A stretch of DNA of 60,134 nucleotides, filler included, from Sphacelaria rigidula (lineage: Eukaryota): the NCBI GenBank assembly GCA_964200075.2. It is 8 parts of 8 records of this genome, joined end to end, with 100 filler letters (N's around TTAATTAATTAA, not from the genome) between each part and the next. Parts side by side here need not be neighbours in the genome. Positions count along the whole stretch, not along the records: positions 45,177 to 52,605 come from CAXNAA020014965.1; positions 52,706 to 60,134 come from CAXNAA020014966.1; 6 more parts are not named here. One strand, given 5' to 3'. Position 1 is the stretch's first letter. Each line of letters opens with the position of its first letter. Below, piece by piece: positions 46,985 through 58,146 of this stretch. Under the pieces are notes generated by a model that had not been told where the DNA came from, did no database searches, and was given only the letters and a program-made list of their open reading frames with translations. The translations under genes and the position numbers were made by a program.

Positions 46985-49114
46985 AAGATCGCTGGGAAGT
47001 ACCATGCGGCGGCGAAATCTTTGGCGGCCGATCTTGAAAAGCAGCTGGGGTCGCCGTACTCCATTAACGTGCTGGAGGAGGTCGGACGGGTAAAGATCGT
47101 GTCCATGATCGACGACCGTCGCGAGGAAGAGAGGAAGATCAGGTTCGAGGAAACGGTGCAGAAAAATCTGGCCGCCAACAGAGAGGCCGAGCTTAACCGC
47201 GTGGAAGAGGAAGAGGCGGAAGAGGACCGAGACCCCGTTGAGCGAGAAGAAAATATGCGGCGGGAGCGCAGGCAGCACCGGGCCGAAGTAGACGCGGAAC
47301 GGGCGGCGAAACAGGCGGCGGCCGCCGAGCGCGACAATATGTGCGACGCGATGTGGACTATGAGTCTCGTTCACCGCGGGAGCATCGAGAAAGCCATGGC
47401 GTCCACCCGCAGCTGGGGGCGGCGGAAGGCCGAGTGGGAGCGGCGGCAGGCGGAGGCGGAAGCCAAAGAGCTGGCGGCGGCTGCCCTCGCGTCCACTTTG
47501 GGTGACCGCCACAAATTCATACCGCAGGGACATTGGGGAGAGGCGCATCCCGCAGCCCAGAAAGTGGGAGAACAGTCGGCCGGCCGATCTGCCTCGATAT
47601 CATTGCCGCCGACGCCAGGGTCTGCCGCTGCTGCTGTGCGCGGAGTGGCGAGAAAAGATGATGCCAGAGCGGCAAAGGCGCCTCCCGCCGAAGCAAATGC
47701 CATGTGGAAAAAGCCTCGTGGAAAATGGGAGACAGGTGGCGGCCGTGATGGTGTTGTTGCTAGTGTTCGGGGCGGCGCTGGGGGTGGCGATGCGGCTCTG
47801 GGCAAACGGAAATCTTCTACCGTCGCGTTTGGTTTCAAGAAGAAGGTCAAGTGGGTGGGTCGCAGGGTGCGTGACGTTGCGCCTCGGATGTCGGTGACGG
47901 CAGCGGCTACTACGACAGGAGCGGAAGCGGCGGATGACGTTGCCAGCAAAAGCAGCAAGAACATAGCCGACCAGCCTGCGGAGCAAACGGATGCCATGGA
48001 CTTGGACGGTGCTGTGGAGGCGGCGACGGCGGTGGCCATGGACGTGGAGGTCGATACTCCCGTCGCTGCGCAACCTCACGCAGATGCTTCTCCAAACGCC
48101 CCCGCCCCCGCCCCCGGCCTCGCCGCTCCTCCCTGTTCTCCGCCGGAGCGCGTGAAAATTTCCGTGTCGGAGCCACTCCTGGCGAGATCGGGTGACGACG
48201 AAGAAAGCATTAACCTGGAGCGGGCGATCTCCAGCGACCCGCGTCTGGTCGAGATGCGCTGGGTGGGAGGATTGGTGATGGTCTCGGTGGTGGTCGAGGA
48301 CGCCCCTGGGGGAACGGGCCTGCCGGGCGTGGAGATGACCGTAAGCCCGAGTGAGCTTGTCGTCAAGGCGCTGGGGACAAGAGTCGCAATCACCTCCCCG
48401 CCGGAGATGAGAAACTCTGAGGGTTTCGCGGCCGCGTGCTGCGGCGGCGGGGTGAACCCCGTGCGACACTTGAGGAATCACCTCAACAGGTTGTCTGGGC
48501 ACGTGGAGGAGCACGAGCGGGGCGGCGACGAGCGCCTGCGGTGGGTGGATAACTTGCGCGAGAAGCGGTTGGTGCTAGAGCAGGTTGGAGAAATTCTTGA
48601 CGAGGAGGACTACCAGTTCTCGCCCGCCCTCGGCGGCGTTTGGATGGCTGTGTATCACCATCCTAAGGCCGGTCGGAACTCCAAGGTCTGGCGGACCGGT
48701 TCTGCGACGCCCACCATCGAGATCCGGGTGCTGATGCGGCGCGAGCGCCTTGCCGAGGTGGGCGGTGTGACCGCGGTCGAGGATGTGGAGTATGCTGCAA
48801 GTGCCCGTTCCGTGGTGGACGCGGCGGCGTCGGCGCAAGAGGTGGAGGAAGGGGGAGATGGAATGAGGATCGGCCAGGATTATCTACCTGCATCAGGAGA
48901 TCAGATCCACGGCGACCAGCTACGGGAGGTGGTGTCCGACGTGCTAAACATCGCGGTACAAGATGTAATGCAGAGGGAAGGCAAGCCTGCCGACCAGCGG
49001 GACGTGCTCATGTGGAGAGCGGCTGAGAGCAAGAAGCTCCGGCTCAAGGACAGGGGCGTTGGAAACTCGTTGCACCGCAAATTTTCTTTTGTGTCGGATT
49101 CGGAGAATGAGTGA
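46985..49114 (+). CDS. Bromodomain protein, 2.1-kb terminal exon (last bromodomain helix, charged coiled coil, uncharacterised C-terminus)
   Basis: GCAG|AAG phase-0 acceptor in frame with the 45681 donor; KIAGKYHAAAKSLAADLEKQL fits the last helix; GC-rich open frame to TGA 49112-49114. Confidence 0.85.
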   Translation, partial: KIAGKYHAAAKSLAADLEKQLGSPYSINVLEEVGRVKIVSMIDDRREEERKIRFEETVQKNLAANREAELNRVEEEEAEEDRDPVEREENMRRERRQHRAEVDAERAAKQAAAAERDNMCDAMWTMSLVHRGSIEKAMASTRSWGRRKAEWERRQAEAEAKELAAAALASTLGDRHKFIPQGHWGEAHPAAQKVGEQSAGRSASISLPPTPGSAAAAVRGVARKDDARAAKAPPAEANAMWKKPRGKWETGGGRDGVVASVRGGAGGGDAALGKRKSSTVAFGFKKKVKWVGRRVRDVAPRMSVTAAATTTGAEAADDVASKSSKNIADQPAEQTDAMDLDGAVEAATAVAMDVEVDTPVAAQPHADASPNAPAPAPGLAAPPCSPPERVKISVSEPLLARSGDDEESINLERAISSDPRLVEMRWVGGLVMVSVVVEDAPGGTGLPGVEMTVSPSELVVKALGTRVAITSPPEMRNSEGFAAACCGGGVNPVRHLRNHLNRLSGHVEEHERGGDERLRWVDNLREKRLVLEQVGEILDEEDYQFSPALGGVWMAVYHHPKAGRNSKVWRTGSATPTIEIRVLMRRERLAEVGGVTAVEDVEYAASARSVVDAAASAQEVEEGGDGMRIGQDYLPASGDQIHGDQLREVVSDVLNIAVQDVMQREGKPADQRDVLMWRAAESKKLRLKDRGVGNSLHRKFSFVSDSENE

Positions 49115-50146
49115 AAAATGTAGTGAAAAAAAGAGAAAAATTATGATATTTTTACCACGTATGGTTTTTTTTTTCTTGAAATTTCTTTTTCCTTCTTTTT
49201 TCTTTGCTATTTTCTCGCTTCCACGTGTGCCGGTTTGTAATATTGGCGAGTTTTGTCCGGATGCACGTGTCTATTGGTGCTACAAACGGGTACACATGGG
49301 TGCGGGGGCAGAGGAGCCGGGCGGGTCGAAGCCTTGAAGGAATTATCACGAGGGGTGCAAGGGTGAGGGAATTCGGAGCGGCACGGGGGGTGGCCGTACT
49401 TTCCAATGGAACAAGAGAATACGGAATGATTTATGTAAGAGTTTAAGTAGTGAGGTGCCATGGAGACTTGTGGTGTATTCGCGCCCACAGCAAAGGAATG
49501 GGCGGCTGGTGGGTCATTCAGTACGGTGTCGAGTAAATATGTCCGTTTAGTCGACGGAAAGGGACAAGGTGTCACGGCCAGTCGCTGGGGACAGCTCAAG
49601 ATGGTCGCGAGTTGTTGTGCTGTACTCCATCTTTTAACTGCAGCGCAATGCGAACGGTTCAGGATATAGTTCATGTTTTTGTGCTGTTTTGTCTGTAGTA
49701 CGAGGGGGTGAAGGGGCGGGAGAGAATAGATGGTTGACTGTGATGCGGGTATCTTGTACCAGGGAGTATTCAAGGCTTTTTTTCTGTAGGGATTTCATGG
49801 CGCTATATGCGCGAACGAGCAGAATGTGTCCGTGTGTGTCCGTATGTGTCCGTGTGTATTTTTCTTTCTCCAGCCATTTGTTGTCCGCCGGTGAAGTTGT
49901 GTGTAGTGTGTTCCGCTTGCATTGATGAGCGTGTCGCGGACTTGTGGAAGGCCCCGGGCACTAGACACCATGTACACCTGCGGTGCGCATGAAGATAAAA
50001 GAATGGGGGGGGGGGGGGGGGGGGGGGAGTGGGGGGGGCGGAAGAAGCTGGGAAGTAAAAATATAAATATTTAAACAAACAGGTGGGGGGGGTGTGTACG
50101 CGNNNNNNNNNNGCACGGCGAGGGGGGGGGGGCAGGAGGGAGGGGT

Positions 50147-50177
<31 letters not shown>

Positions 50178-51020
50178 GGGGGGGGCATCGTTGATACGCG
50201 TACAACCCAGTAGTGTTCGTTTGTTCATTTTTCTTCGAACGCTTGAGCGGGTGGTGTAGCAGCTTCGAGCTGCATTGATCAGAGATCAACTACGTTTCAT
50301 TTTGCTACCGTCCCAAGTGTCGTTTTACGGGAGACGTGTTGATTTTTGTGTCGAAATAAAAGTGAAAAAAAAAAGACAACGGGGCCTCGTGGTTCCCTGG
50401 TGTATCTGTTATGCTTGTACTGCTGTACGATAATTTTTTGTATGGCCACAGACAGTTGCACTACACTATGGCGTGTTTTGCTGGGCTGGGGGGTGCGGGC
50501 GTCTGCATGTATGTTGTTTTTTGTATGGGGCTGTACCGTGGTGTTGTGTCAGGATTGGAGAGTGAGCATAGTGGTGGGCCTTGCGACGGAAACGGGAGCG
50601 GCGAAAGTTCGGAGTTTGGAGGTATATATGCGATCTCGCCGAGGTTAGAAAATCGATGGGTGAGGGTGACGAAAGGAAGTTATGAACAACAGAAGGCCCT
50701 CCTTGGATTATACTGACTGTACTTCATGATGAGCCTTCGTAAAGTTTCGCAACAGAAGGCCGTTTTTAACTCGAATTTCGCATCAAACTTGTAATCGAAC
50801 TCCAAGTCACAAGGAAAAACAGCAGACTCTTCTGCTTCATTGCGTAGGTCCGAACCCGGTGGTGAATGGCGGTACGTAACGCGGTGGTGACAGGCATGAA
50901 TTCGAGCTGTAAAAGTAGTGTGCTCGTCACTGCCTGCCACGCGAAAGCCGTCAGAAGAAGTGGCTACGGAGCGCGAGGGCATCAAGCTGTTGAAATAGTG
51001 TAGGCCCCCTCCGCACTCAC

Positions 51021-51247
51021 ATATGCCGTGATTCACCCGTTCGTGCGGGGAGCAGGCGGTGAAATCGAACAACTAAAGTCTGCTTCGAACAAACAGATCT
51101 TATGCATGCGCGTCGAAGGTGCTGGGATACCGAACGGTGAGCTGGGAATTGCAGCTTTGCACGTCCAAGTCCTTGAAAAAAGCCCAGTAATTATTCGTGA
51201 AGGTCACTGTCGGAACTTCATAACAAAGGGTAGTCTATATTTGAAAC
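51021..51247 (-). pseudogene. Probable pseudo-exon of unknown family
   Basis: CACAG acceptor and GTGAGT donor around RFQI*TTLCYEVPTVTFTNNYWAFFKDLDVQSCNSQLTVRYPSTFDAHA*DLFVRSRL*LFDF; three in-frame stops. Confidence 0.35.
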
Positions 51248-52199
51248 CTGTGCCTGATTTATTTCTCGCCTTCGCTATTGATTTGCCGCATGCATACATG
51301 TTCGTGCATATATTAATCCGTGCGACGTCTTACTGTGTGGCATGAGGTCAATATGAACCGAGAAAATCATGAAAAAAATATGAATGGTTCAACGATACAT
51401 GGGGCGGCGTGGTTGGGACGTTACGGCTTCAACAACCCCGCTCGGGGTACTGAGAAGAGCACGCCCTCGCTACCCGCCCATAAACGCTAACACAGATGAC
51501 AACCTTTTCGCCAAATTGAATGCGTGACACTCGATTGGAGGCAGGCTTTTCATCCCCTTTTCACTTGGAAAATAAGTGAAAATGATGCCCATTCGACAAG
51601 CGAACATTCAGCGCCGGAGGTGTACATTTGTGGAGTCGGCATCATATTCACTTGTAAACTTACGGCGTGGCCCATATTAGCAACCCTTGCGGTCAAAGGG
51701 TTGACAGTCCGATGGTGTAGTCGTTGGATATATCATCCGAAACAAGCAAATATGCCAACATGGGATTTGAAATCGCGAGGGGTTAATACCCCATGGGCGG
51801 CCACTGAGGTGCCTGCAACCTCAAACTTGAACGTTACAGACGTTGCACAAGGTCTGTAATGCCCAAATTTGAGGTTACAGGCACCCCAGTGGCCACCCGT
51901 GCCCACACACGCATTCAGCGTGTTGATCGCAAAATCATTTCGGAAGGCGTGCAACTGTGTATGAAGTATAGTTAGAAGGGCCTGACGGTACAAAAGCACA
52001 ATAACTCTTTGACCGCGAGCGTCACCTCGGAAAGCTTCGCCAGCAGACAATTCGGGGACATCCGGGGGTTTCCCGGGGGCGGGAAGGTGGTTTGTAACGG
52101 GGTGGTGGGCGCTTGTTCACAGAACAGTCAAAAAGCTTACTACTGAGTCAACGACGTGGTGTATCTAGAAGTTTCCCACGGAAAATCGTAAGTGAGGAA

Positions 52200-52555
52200 T
52201 GTGACGCCGGCAGGTTGCTAGTACTGCAGCGTCTAATGCGGTTGAGGGACTCCCCAGTCCCACTGGCCTCAGGTTTCAGTTGTTAGCGTTCACAACACAT
52301 TTTATTATCCTGGGGTGCCACCCTGGCACATAACTCCATAAACCTCATCAGGGTATCACCCCTGTGTCCATGTCATCATCCATGTCATCACTATATACTC
52401 AACGTGACGGCGTGATTTCGTCACAGCACCCCCAAAGCGCGTTGGATGAGAAGCGAGCAACAAGCTTGATACAAGAAAAATTAACGCCAAAACGATTGAG
52501 CAAGTCACAACTGAATCCCAAACTCGCGCGTAATGCGAGCAGCAATGAACGGGGT
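52200..52555 (-). mobile_element. 3' LTR (52200-52425) and adjacent internal end of a second Gypsy family
   Basis: TGTGACG...CGTCACA termini; GGGGG PPT-like tract just inside; homologous to 59600-59975. Confidence 0.85.
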
Positions 52556-52804
52556 TGCCCGAAAAATGAGAAGGCATTTTGAAATGAGAATCAACCGCTC
52601 CCCGGNNNNNNNNNNNNNNNNNNNNNNNNNNNNNNNNNNNNNNNNNNNNTTAATTAATTAANNNNNNNNNNNNNNNNNNNNNNNNNNNNNNNNNNNNNNN
52701 NNNNNATGTAGGAGCCGTCGAGTGTGGCTAAAGGGCTGTTCGTTCGGTGGTCAAACGCACCTGGTGGAGCCCTAAGAAAGTCCCCCCCCCCCCCCCCCCC
52801 CTCC

Positions 52805-52842
52805 AATGGTCGAACGACTAAGGCAAGCAACAAATGAGTACG
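52805..52842 (+). mobile_element. 38-bp LINE 3' end with CCCCCCTCC duplication
   Basis: CCCCCCTCC at 52796-52804 and 52843-52851 flank ...AAGGCAAGCAACAAATGAGTACG. Confidence 0.8.
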
Positions 52843-52849
52843 CCCCCCT

Positions 52850-54420
52850 CCGAACCCCCTCCCGCTCCCCTGCTTGTGGACGTTCGTCCCTTCCGCGTTT
52901 TCCCTATCCATGCGTACTCTTCAACTTTTCATCTTATTTCTGCTCCTCTTTCTCCTATGGCTCATGGATCCTTTACTATATCGAGGTCGTATTAACTCAC
53001 TTGTTGCGCTATATTTTCTATTTGGCGCCTGTCCTTTCCGAATCATTATCTGCTCTCGCGTTGCCTGCTGTTCTCCCTTCGTCGCTTTTACTTTTAATTT
53101 CCCTTGCTTGGTTGTACTTCCTGTTTCTGCTTTGGTCTTTGCCTATTTGCTTCGGGGCGCTAGTCCTCTCCCCTTCCCATTCCGGACACGTACCTGTTCC
53201 TGCCTCTCTCCCCCTCCGTTTACCCGTGGACCGCGTCCTAGATTTGTTGCTCCATTAACCATGCATACTCTCCACCCTACTCTTCTAGCCCATGCCGACA
53301 CCTTACTTGTCTCTATCCTTTCCCACTCCTTGCTCCCGCTCTGCATTAGCGTGGCTTGCAAGTTTTCCCCCTCCTTTCTACTTTTCTTCTTGCCAAACAG
53401 TATAGTCCAACTCCATCGCATTTCATTTCAACTCAATTCTAGTCATATCGCTACGAACTCTGAATACCGGCACTACTAGTACTTCACCCCCCCACTCTTT
53501 TTACTCCACCATCCGCCCTTCCATACCGTCTCTTTCGTTTTTGGTATTGGTGGAATGTAGAAAACGTACTGGGACATCCCAATCCTAGCACTTTTTGGGA
53601 GTCTGATGCCTTTTCGTTCTATTACTGGCTCACCGACACTAAATATTGACTCCAACACAAGTTCGTAACCTGAAGCCAAGTTTAACACCTTTGACACAAG
53701 TACCCCAAGTTTGCGCCAGGTGATCTTCATGGTAAACCATCTAGGCACCCCACGATCGTATCTTCTATCTTTTTGCCCCGCTGCTGTACTGGTTACTCTC
53801 CTCCAGGTAGGTAGGTCATTTTCACCGTGTAAGGTTCATGAACGGCTTGCATGACACAAGGTCTTACTCACATCGGGACGTTCCGTACATCACTTTTCCC
53901 ACTACGTGTACGGTTTTCCATGGGCCGCTACTGCACTAATGATTCCGAGTAGACTTTCGCTGGCGAACGCTTGGCCAACGATTCCCCCACACTTTGTACC
54001 AGGTTCTATCCTTCAAGATATCAAGAAGTCTACGTATCGCTTGGCGCTCTTTCTCGTAGGTCATGCGGTCGTTCGTTCGTAAGGTGTTTGTTTCATGAGC
54101 GCGGTAGGTCTCGACGTTTATGTCATGCATCATCCACTCCATCCCTTCACCGGGCGCCTTTTGCACCTAATGTAGGAAATTTCAGGAAAATGGCTGACTA
54201 GATGTCCACCGCCTCCTGGAAACCGGTAAGGTGTTACGGGTATCTCACCACGGGACCCCAACCTCCATGTGCATTTAACGAGGAGAGGGTGATGACGGGA
54301 TTGTTATGTATTTTCTATTCTCGATTGGCATGTAAGGCGGTCAACCTTCACATTATTACTTTCTTGTCGAGATTTTGGTTTTCTTCTTGTCTTACCTTTG
54401 TTGTGTTGTAGCGGGAGGAG
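52850..54420 (-). mobile_element. Decayed LINE 5' half: esterase (SGNH)-like ORF1 and start of the APE endonuclease
   Basis: Fragments PGEGMEWM..LRTND and DAVH..NG (SGNH-like blocks); DLDIV...EEYAWIGKTRKG (APE N-terminus); many stops and frameshifts. Confidence 0.6.
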
Positions 54421-54476
54421 TCTCGGTTATTTCCCGTCTCGATATGGGAAAGTATATATGTTTTTCTCGCTGTTGA

Positions 54477-55150
54477 CGTCTGTATCCGGGCTGTGCTATG
54501 GTAGGTTAACGAAAAAGGAGGGTTAGCTTATATATTTCATGTCTAGATCCAGGCTGTATCACAGTAGGTGAGGGCAAAAGGAGGGATAGATCCGTCATTC
54601 CATGTCTATGTCCGGGCTGTGTTATGGTAGGTTAGAGGAAAATCAGGGTTAGCTTCTCCATTTCATGTCTATGTCCGGGCTGTGTTATGGTAGTTCAAAG
54701 AAAAAAAATGGTTAACATCTCTATTTCATGTCTATATCCGGGCTGTGTTATGGTAGGGTAAAGAAAAAGGAGGGGTAGCTTCGCCATTCCATGTCTATAT
54801 CCGGGCTGTGTTATGGTAGGTTACAGAAAAAGGATGGTTAGCTTGGTCATTTCATGTCTATGTCCAGATAATCAATCAATCAATCAATCAATTCATGTCT
54901 ATGTCCAGGCTTTCTTATGGTAGGTTATAGAAAAAGGATGGTTAGCTTCTCCATTCCATGTCTATTTCCGGGTTGTGATGGTAGGTTAAAGAAAAAAGGT
55001 GGTTAGCTTCTTCATTTCATGTCTATGTCCGGGCTGTGTTATCGTAGGTTGAAGAACAAGGATGGTCAGTTTCTCCATTCCTTCTCTATGTCCGGGCTGT
55101 GTTAAGGTAACATAAAACAAAAAACAGCTTTGTTATATCATGTCTATACC
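54477..55150. repeat. 63-bp tandem minisatellite, about 10.5 units
   Basis: ATGTCTA recurs at 54539, 54602, 54665, 54728, 54791, 54854 (63-bp period), then 54895, 54958, 55019. Confidence 0.95.
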
Positions 55151-55398
55151 CATCCTGTGTGTTTCTGGGGAGAAACAAAGTTGGTTATGTCGGTTTTTGC
55201 ATGTCCATTGTGTTTGCCGGTCGGGGACATTTTTTTGTCTAGTGGCAGTTTATGGTACAGGTACGGTGACAGTCTGTACATTTTTTTCTAGGTTACATGG
55301 TGGCTTGATTTACAGCGTCGTTGCCACTCGACGCCAACCCAAGAGTCTGGGGGTGAGGTGTGAGAGGGAAAGGGGGGGCGGGGGGAATGCGGCATTAT

Positions 55399-55686
55399 CC
55401 GGTAAAGTTCAAATAATGGAAGTGGGAAGAAGAGGAGTTATCAATCGTAGACCAGTATACATACCTATGCTTGGCGGCCTCTCTCTTAGGTGGTGACCTC
55501 AGACGGCGAAACAGGAAGGGGGTGTGATATGCATGTGAGGGGTTTCGTGTCATGTATGGGGAAAACGTAATGGTCGCCCAAACGCTGGGGATGCCTCTAT
55601 TAGGAGTAGAAGCGGTACTCCGCCTTGAAAGGGTTACATGGTCAATGGTCAAATAACTTGAAGCAAGCAACAAATAAATGGGTATA
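55399..55686 (+). mobile_element. Internally deleted LINE fragment (RT-distal piece fused to the 3' end)
   Basis: WKWEEEELSIVDQYTYL joined to RW*PQTAKQEG and a 3' end homologous to 41400-41575. Confidence 0.7.
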
Positions 55687-56224
55687 CTCCTTACCCTCCA
55701 TCCCGCACGCCGATTCTTGTGGCAAACAACAGATTAGTCACAGTCGTTCCTGGGTCAAATACGAAATCCCCCAGCTATTTCCAGGCAAATGCGGATTTAT
55801 CCCAGTTCATGGGCAGCACGCAACTGTCACGAGTTACTTTTTGGATCAAAACAGACTTATGTGGAGTTTACCCCCAGTTGTTTTTCAAGCCAGATACATC
55901 CGGATTCCTCACAGCCCATGTCAAGCCCAGGTAGCCCCCAGGTATTATGTGCATGTTCCCTGGGCATTAGTCTTTACGGCGACGAGATGATGCAAAATAA
56001 AACAACGATCGCATGCTTGACACCCCCCCCCCCGTCCCCATCGTTTTCTCGATTCGAAGGAATTGGAAGCATGGCTCCGAGGGAATAACCGCCGATCATC
56101 AAAATTGAGGATTGAGCTTTTCCTTGAAGATGAAAATTCGGAAAAATACAATCTTAATACCCACACCAATGCTCCGAGCTTTGATTATTCCTTCACCTCC
56201 TGGTGGTAGCTTTTCACAACTGCT

Positions 56225-56505
56225 GCTCGATCTGGGATTTTTTCTCACACAGTGCTCAACAGTGAAGAGCGGCTATGTCGTGGGTACGCAAAAATTGACT
56301 TCACGGTCGACGACAGAAAGCGACTGCTGAACCCCTCTCGCGATCAAAAATAAGGCAAGCACCGCAGAAGGAAGGTGGAGTACTAAAAAAAACAAAAAAA
56401 ATCCTGTGTTGGCATTCATCTTGTGTGACCCCAGCTGATGCGCCCACATATACCGAAAGGCGTAGACTGGCGCCCAGAATAGATGTGATGACAACACACA
56501 CACGC
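56225..56505 (+). mobile_element. SINE body lacking a clear tRNA head
   Basis: Homologous to 40505-40805(-); AC-repeat tail. Confidence 0.75.
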
Positions 56506-57119
56506 CATACAGATTTGGATTCTGACTAATGCCGAGATAGCCCCCCCACAAAAAGTGCACCGGAGACCGTTCGACAAACCGGCTGCGATCCCACCCTTGG
56601 GCTCGTCTGCAGCGATTTCACCCACATAAGAGGCGTGTATAGCAGCCCGAAATCAGCTATAATGCCCAAATGAGTCACGTCGTGCAGCACGAAACCAGCT
56701 CGAACGGCGTTTATGATCATCGCCTCCGTGCACTTTTTTGGCCGGTTCGGAGGGGGGCTATCTCGGCAGCAGTCTTCTGATGCCCGAAATTTTGGGGTCC
56801 TAGGTGACACTTTCTACGATAGCCCCCCCCCCCCCAAACCAGCCGGAAAGTGTCACGAAAAGAGTGACCATTTACTATAGCGCCTGATGTTTGAGTTCAG
56901 GCTGCATAAAGCGCCTCATATGGGCGACGTTGGCGTGAACGAACCCAAGCGTGGGAATCCCCAGCTGCTCGTTGTGCTCGGCTTTTTCCATTTCGATTTA
57001 CGTCAAGATTGCGCCTCCCCCAACCAGGCACTTTCGTGGGGAGGTGCTATCGCAGAAAGTGTCAGGTGAATACAAAATTCTGGAGAATTCGGGTTCTTGA
57101 CAATAACTGCAAGATTTCG

Positions 57120-58146
57120 CACACGCGGCCATTTGGCTACCCCCCCAAATCCCTCCACACCAAGATTGACCTCTCTAGAGAAAAAAGGGCTATGAAGTAG
57201 AGTGGTGAACTGACTGCCAGTTTAACTGGTCAGTTACAGTTAACTGGTATAACTGGTTAACTGACCGGTTTCGTAACCAGTTGAACCAGTTATTTTACCC
57301 GACATATGTGTCCAAAGCTTTCTGTGTGAATGTGTGTCATACTCATATCAACGTTTCCGAAGTTACTGCACTGACCGTGGGGATGCTGTTACAAAGGCGA
57401 CGACATGATCGCACAGCGCATGTACCTAGACGCTATGTATGGTGCACTACTGTCTCACCGCTTCATTTTTTCAGTTCACGTCGCAAAGTTCAGTGACCTT
57501 TTTGTCCCATGCATATATATATATTTGTGCACTGATTACGAGCTCGAATTGCTGGCGCTAGGCAGTTAAAATTTACCGCGATTTTGAAACGATGTGAGCC
57601 AAATGGCGAAATTTCTTCCCCCAGGCGGGGCCTCCAGCGGGGCCCCCTCAACAGCCGGTGGGGGAAGTTTTAGGCGACTCCGCCGCGTTGCCTTACCGGG
57701 CAACGCTGGCGGAGTCGCGAGGCGGCTTCGCCGTCAGTTATCCAGTTTCAACTGGTAACTGTAACTGGCTGTAATTTTCTGCAACCAGTTAAGTGATTAG
57801 CCGAACCAGTTCACAACTCTACCATGAAGAATAATTCCTTTGGAGGGTGAATAGTAAACCCTTCCAAAGGGATTATACGGCCGCTAGAGGAATACCCCAG
57901 CGAAGCCACTCGGGAGGGAGGGAGATGGAGCACCCCTCGAGGGGTTGCGTGCACTTTGGATAATCCAACACGATATGAAATCCCTGTAGAGGTCACTAGT
58001 TCCTCTAGCGGTGTTTGATCTCTCTCGAAGGGGTCAATTTTGACCCTTCCAGAGGAACTAACACCTCGACGGGCAAAATTGACCCTTCAGGAGGAGTCAA
58101 TTTTCGTGTGGAGGGATTTTGGCAGGTAGCCAAATGGCCGCGTGTG
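57120..58146. mobile_element. TIR element with CACAC termini (superfamily uncertain), hosting an hAT MITE
   Basis: CACACGCGGCCATTTGGCTACC...GGTAGCCAAATGGCCGCGTGTG, arms about 55 bp; no clear TSD. Confidence 0.78.
57198..57821. mobile_element. hAT MITE (624 bp) with AACTGG/CCAGTT subterminal repeats
   Basis: TAGAGT(G/T)GTGAACTG TIRs; 8-bp TSD CTATGAAG/CCATGAAG (one mismatch). Confidence 0.88.

Noticed and set aside
46943-48893. Long minus-strand ORFs (201-304 aa); likewise 24446-25207 and 2335-2994
   Set aside because: Antisense shadows of real coding exons, with no motifs of their own.
54477-55150. Regularly spaced repeats as a CRISPR array
   Set aside because: The whole 63-bp unit is repeated with scattered substitutions; there are no unique spacers or cas genes, and the context is eukaryotic.
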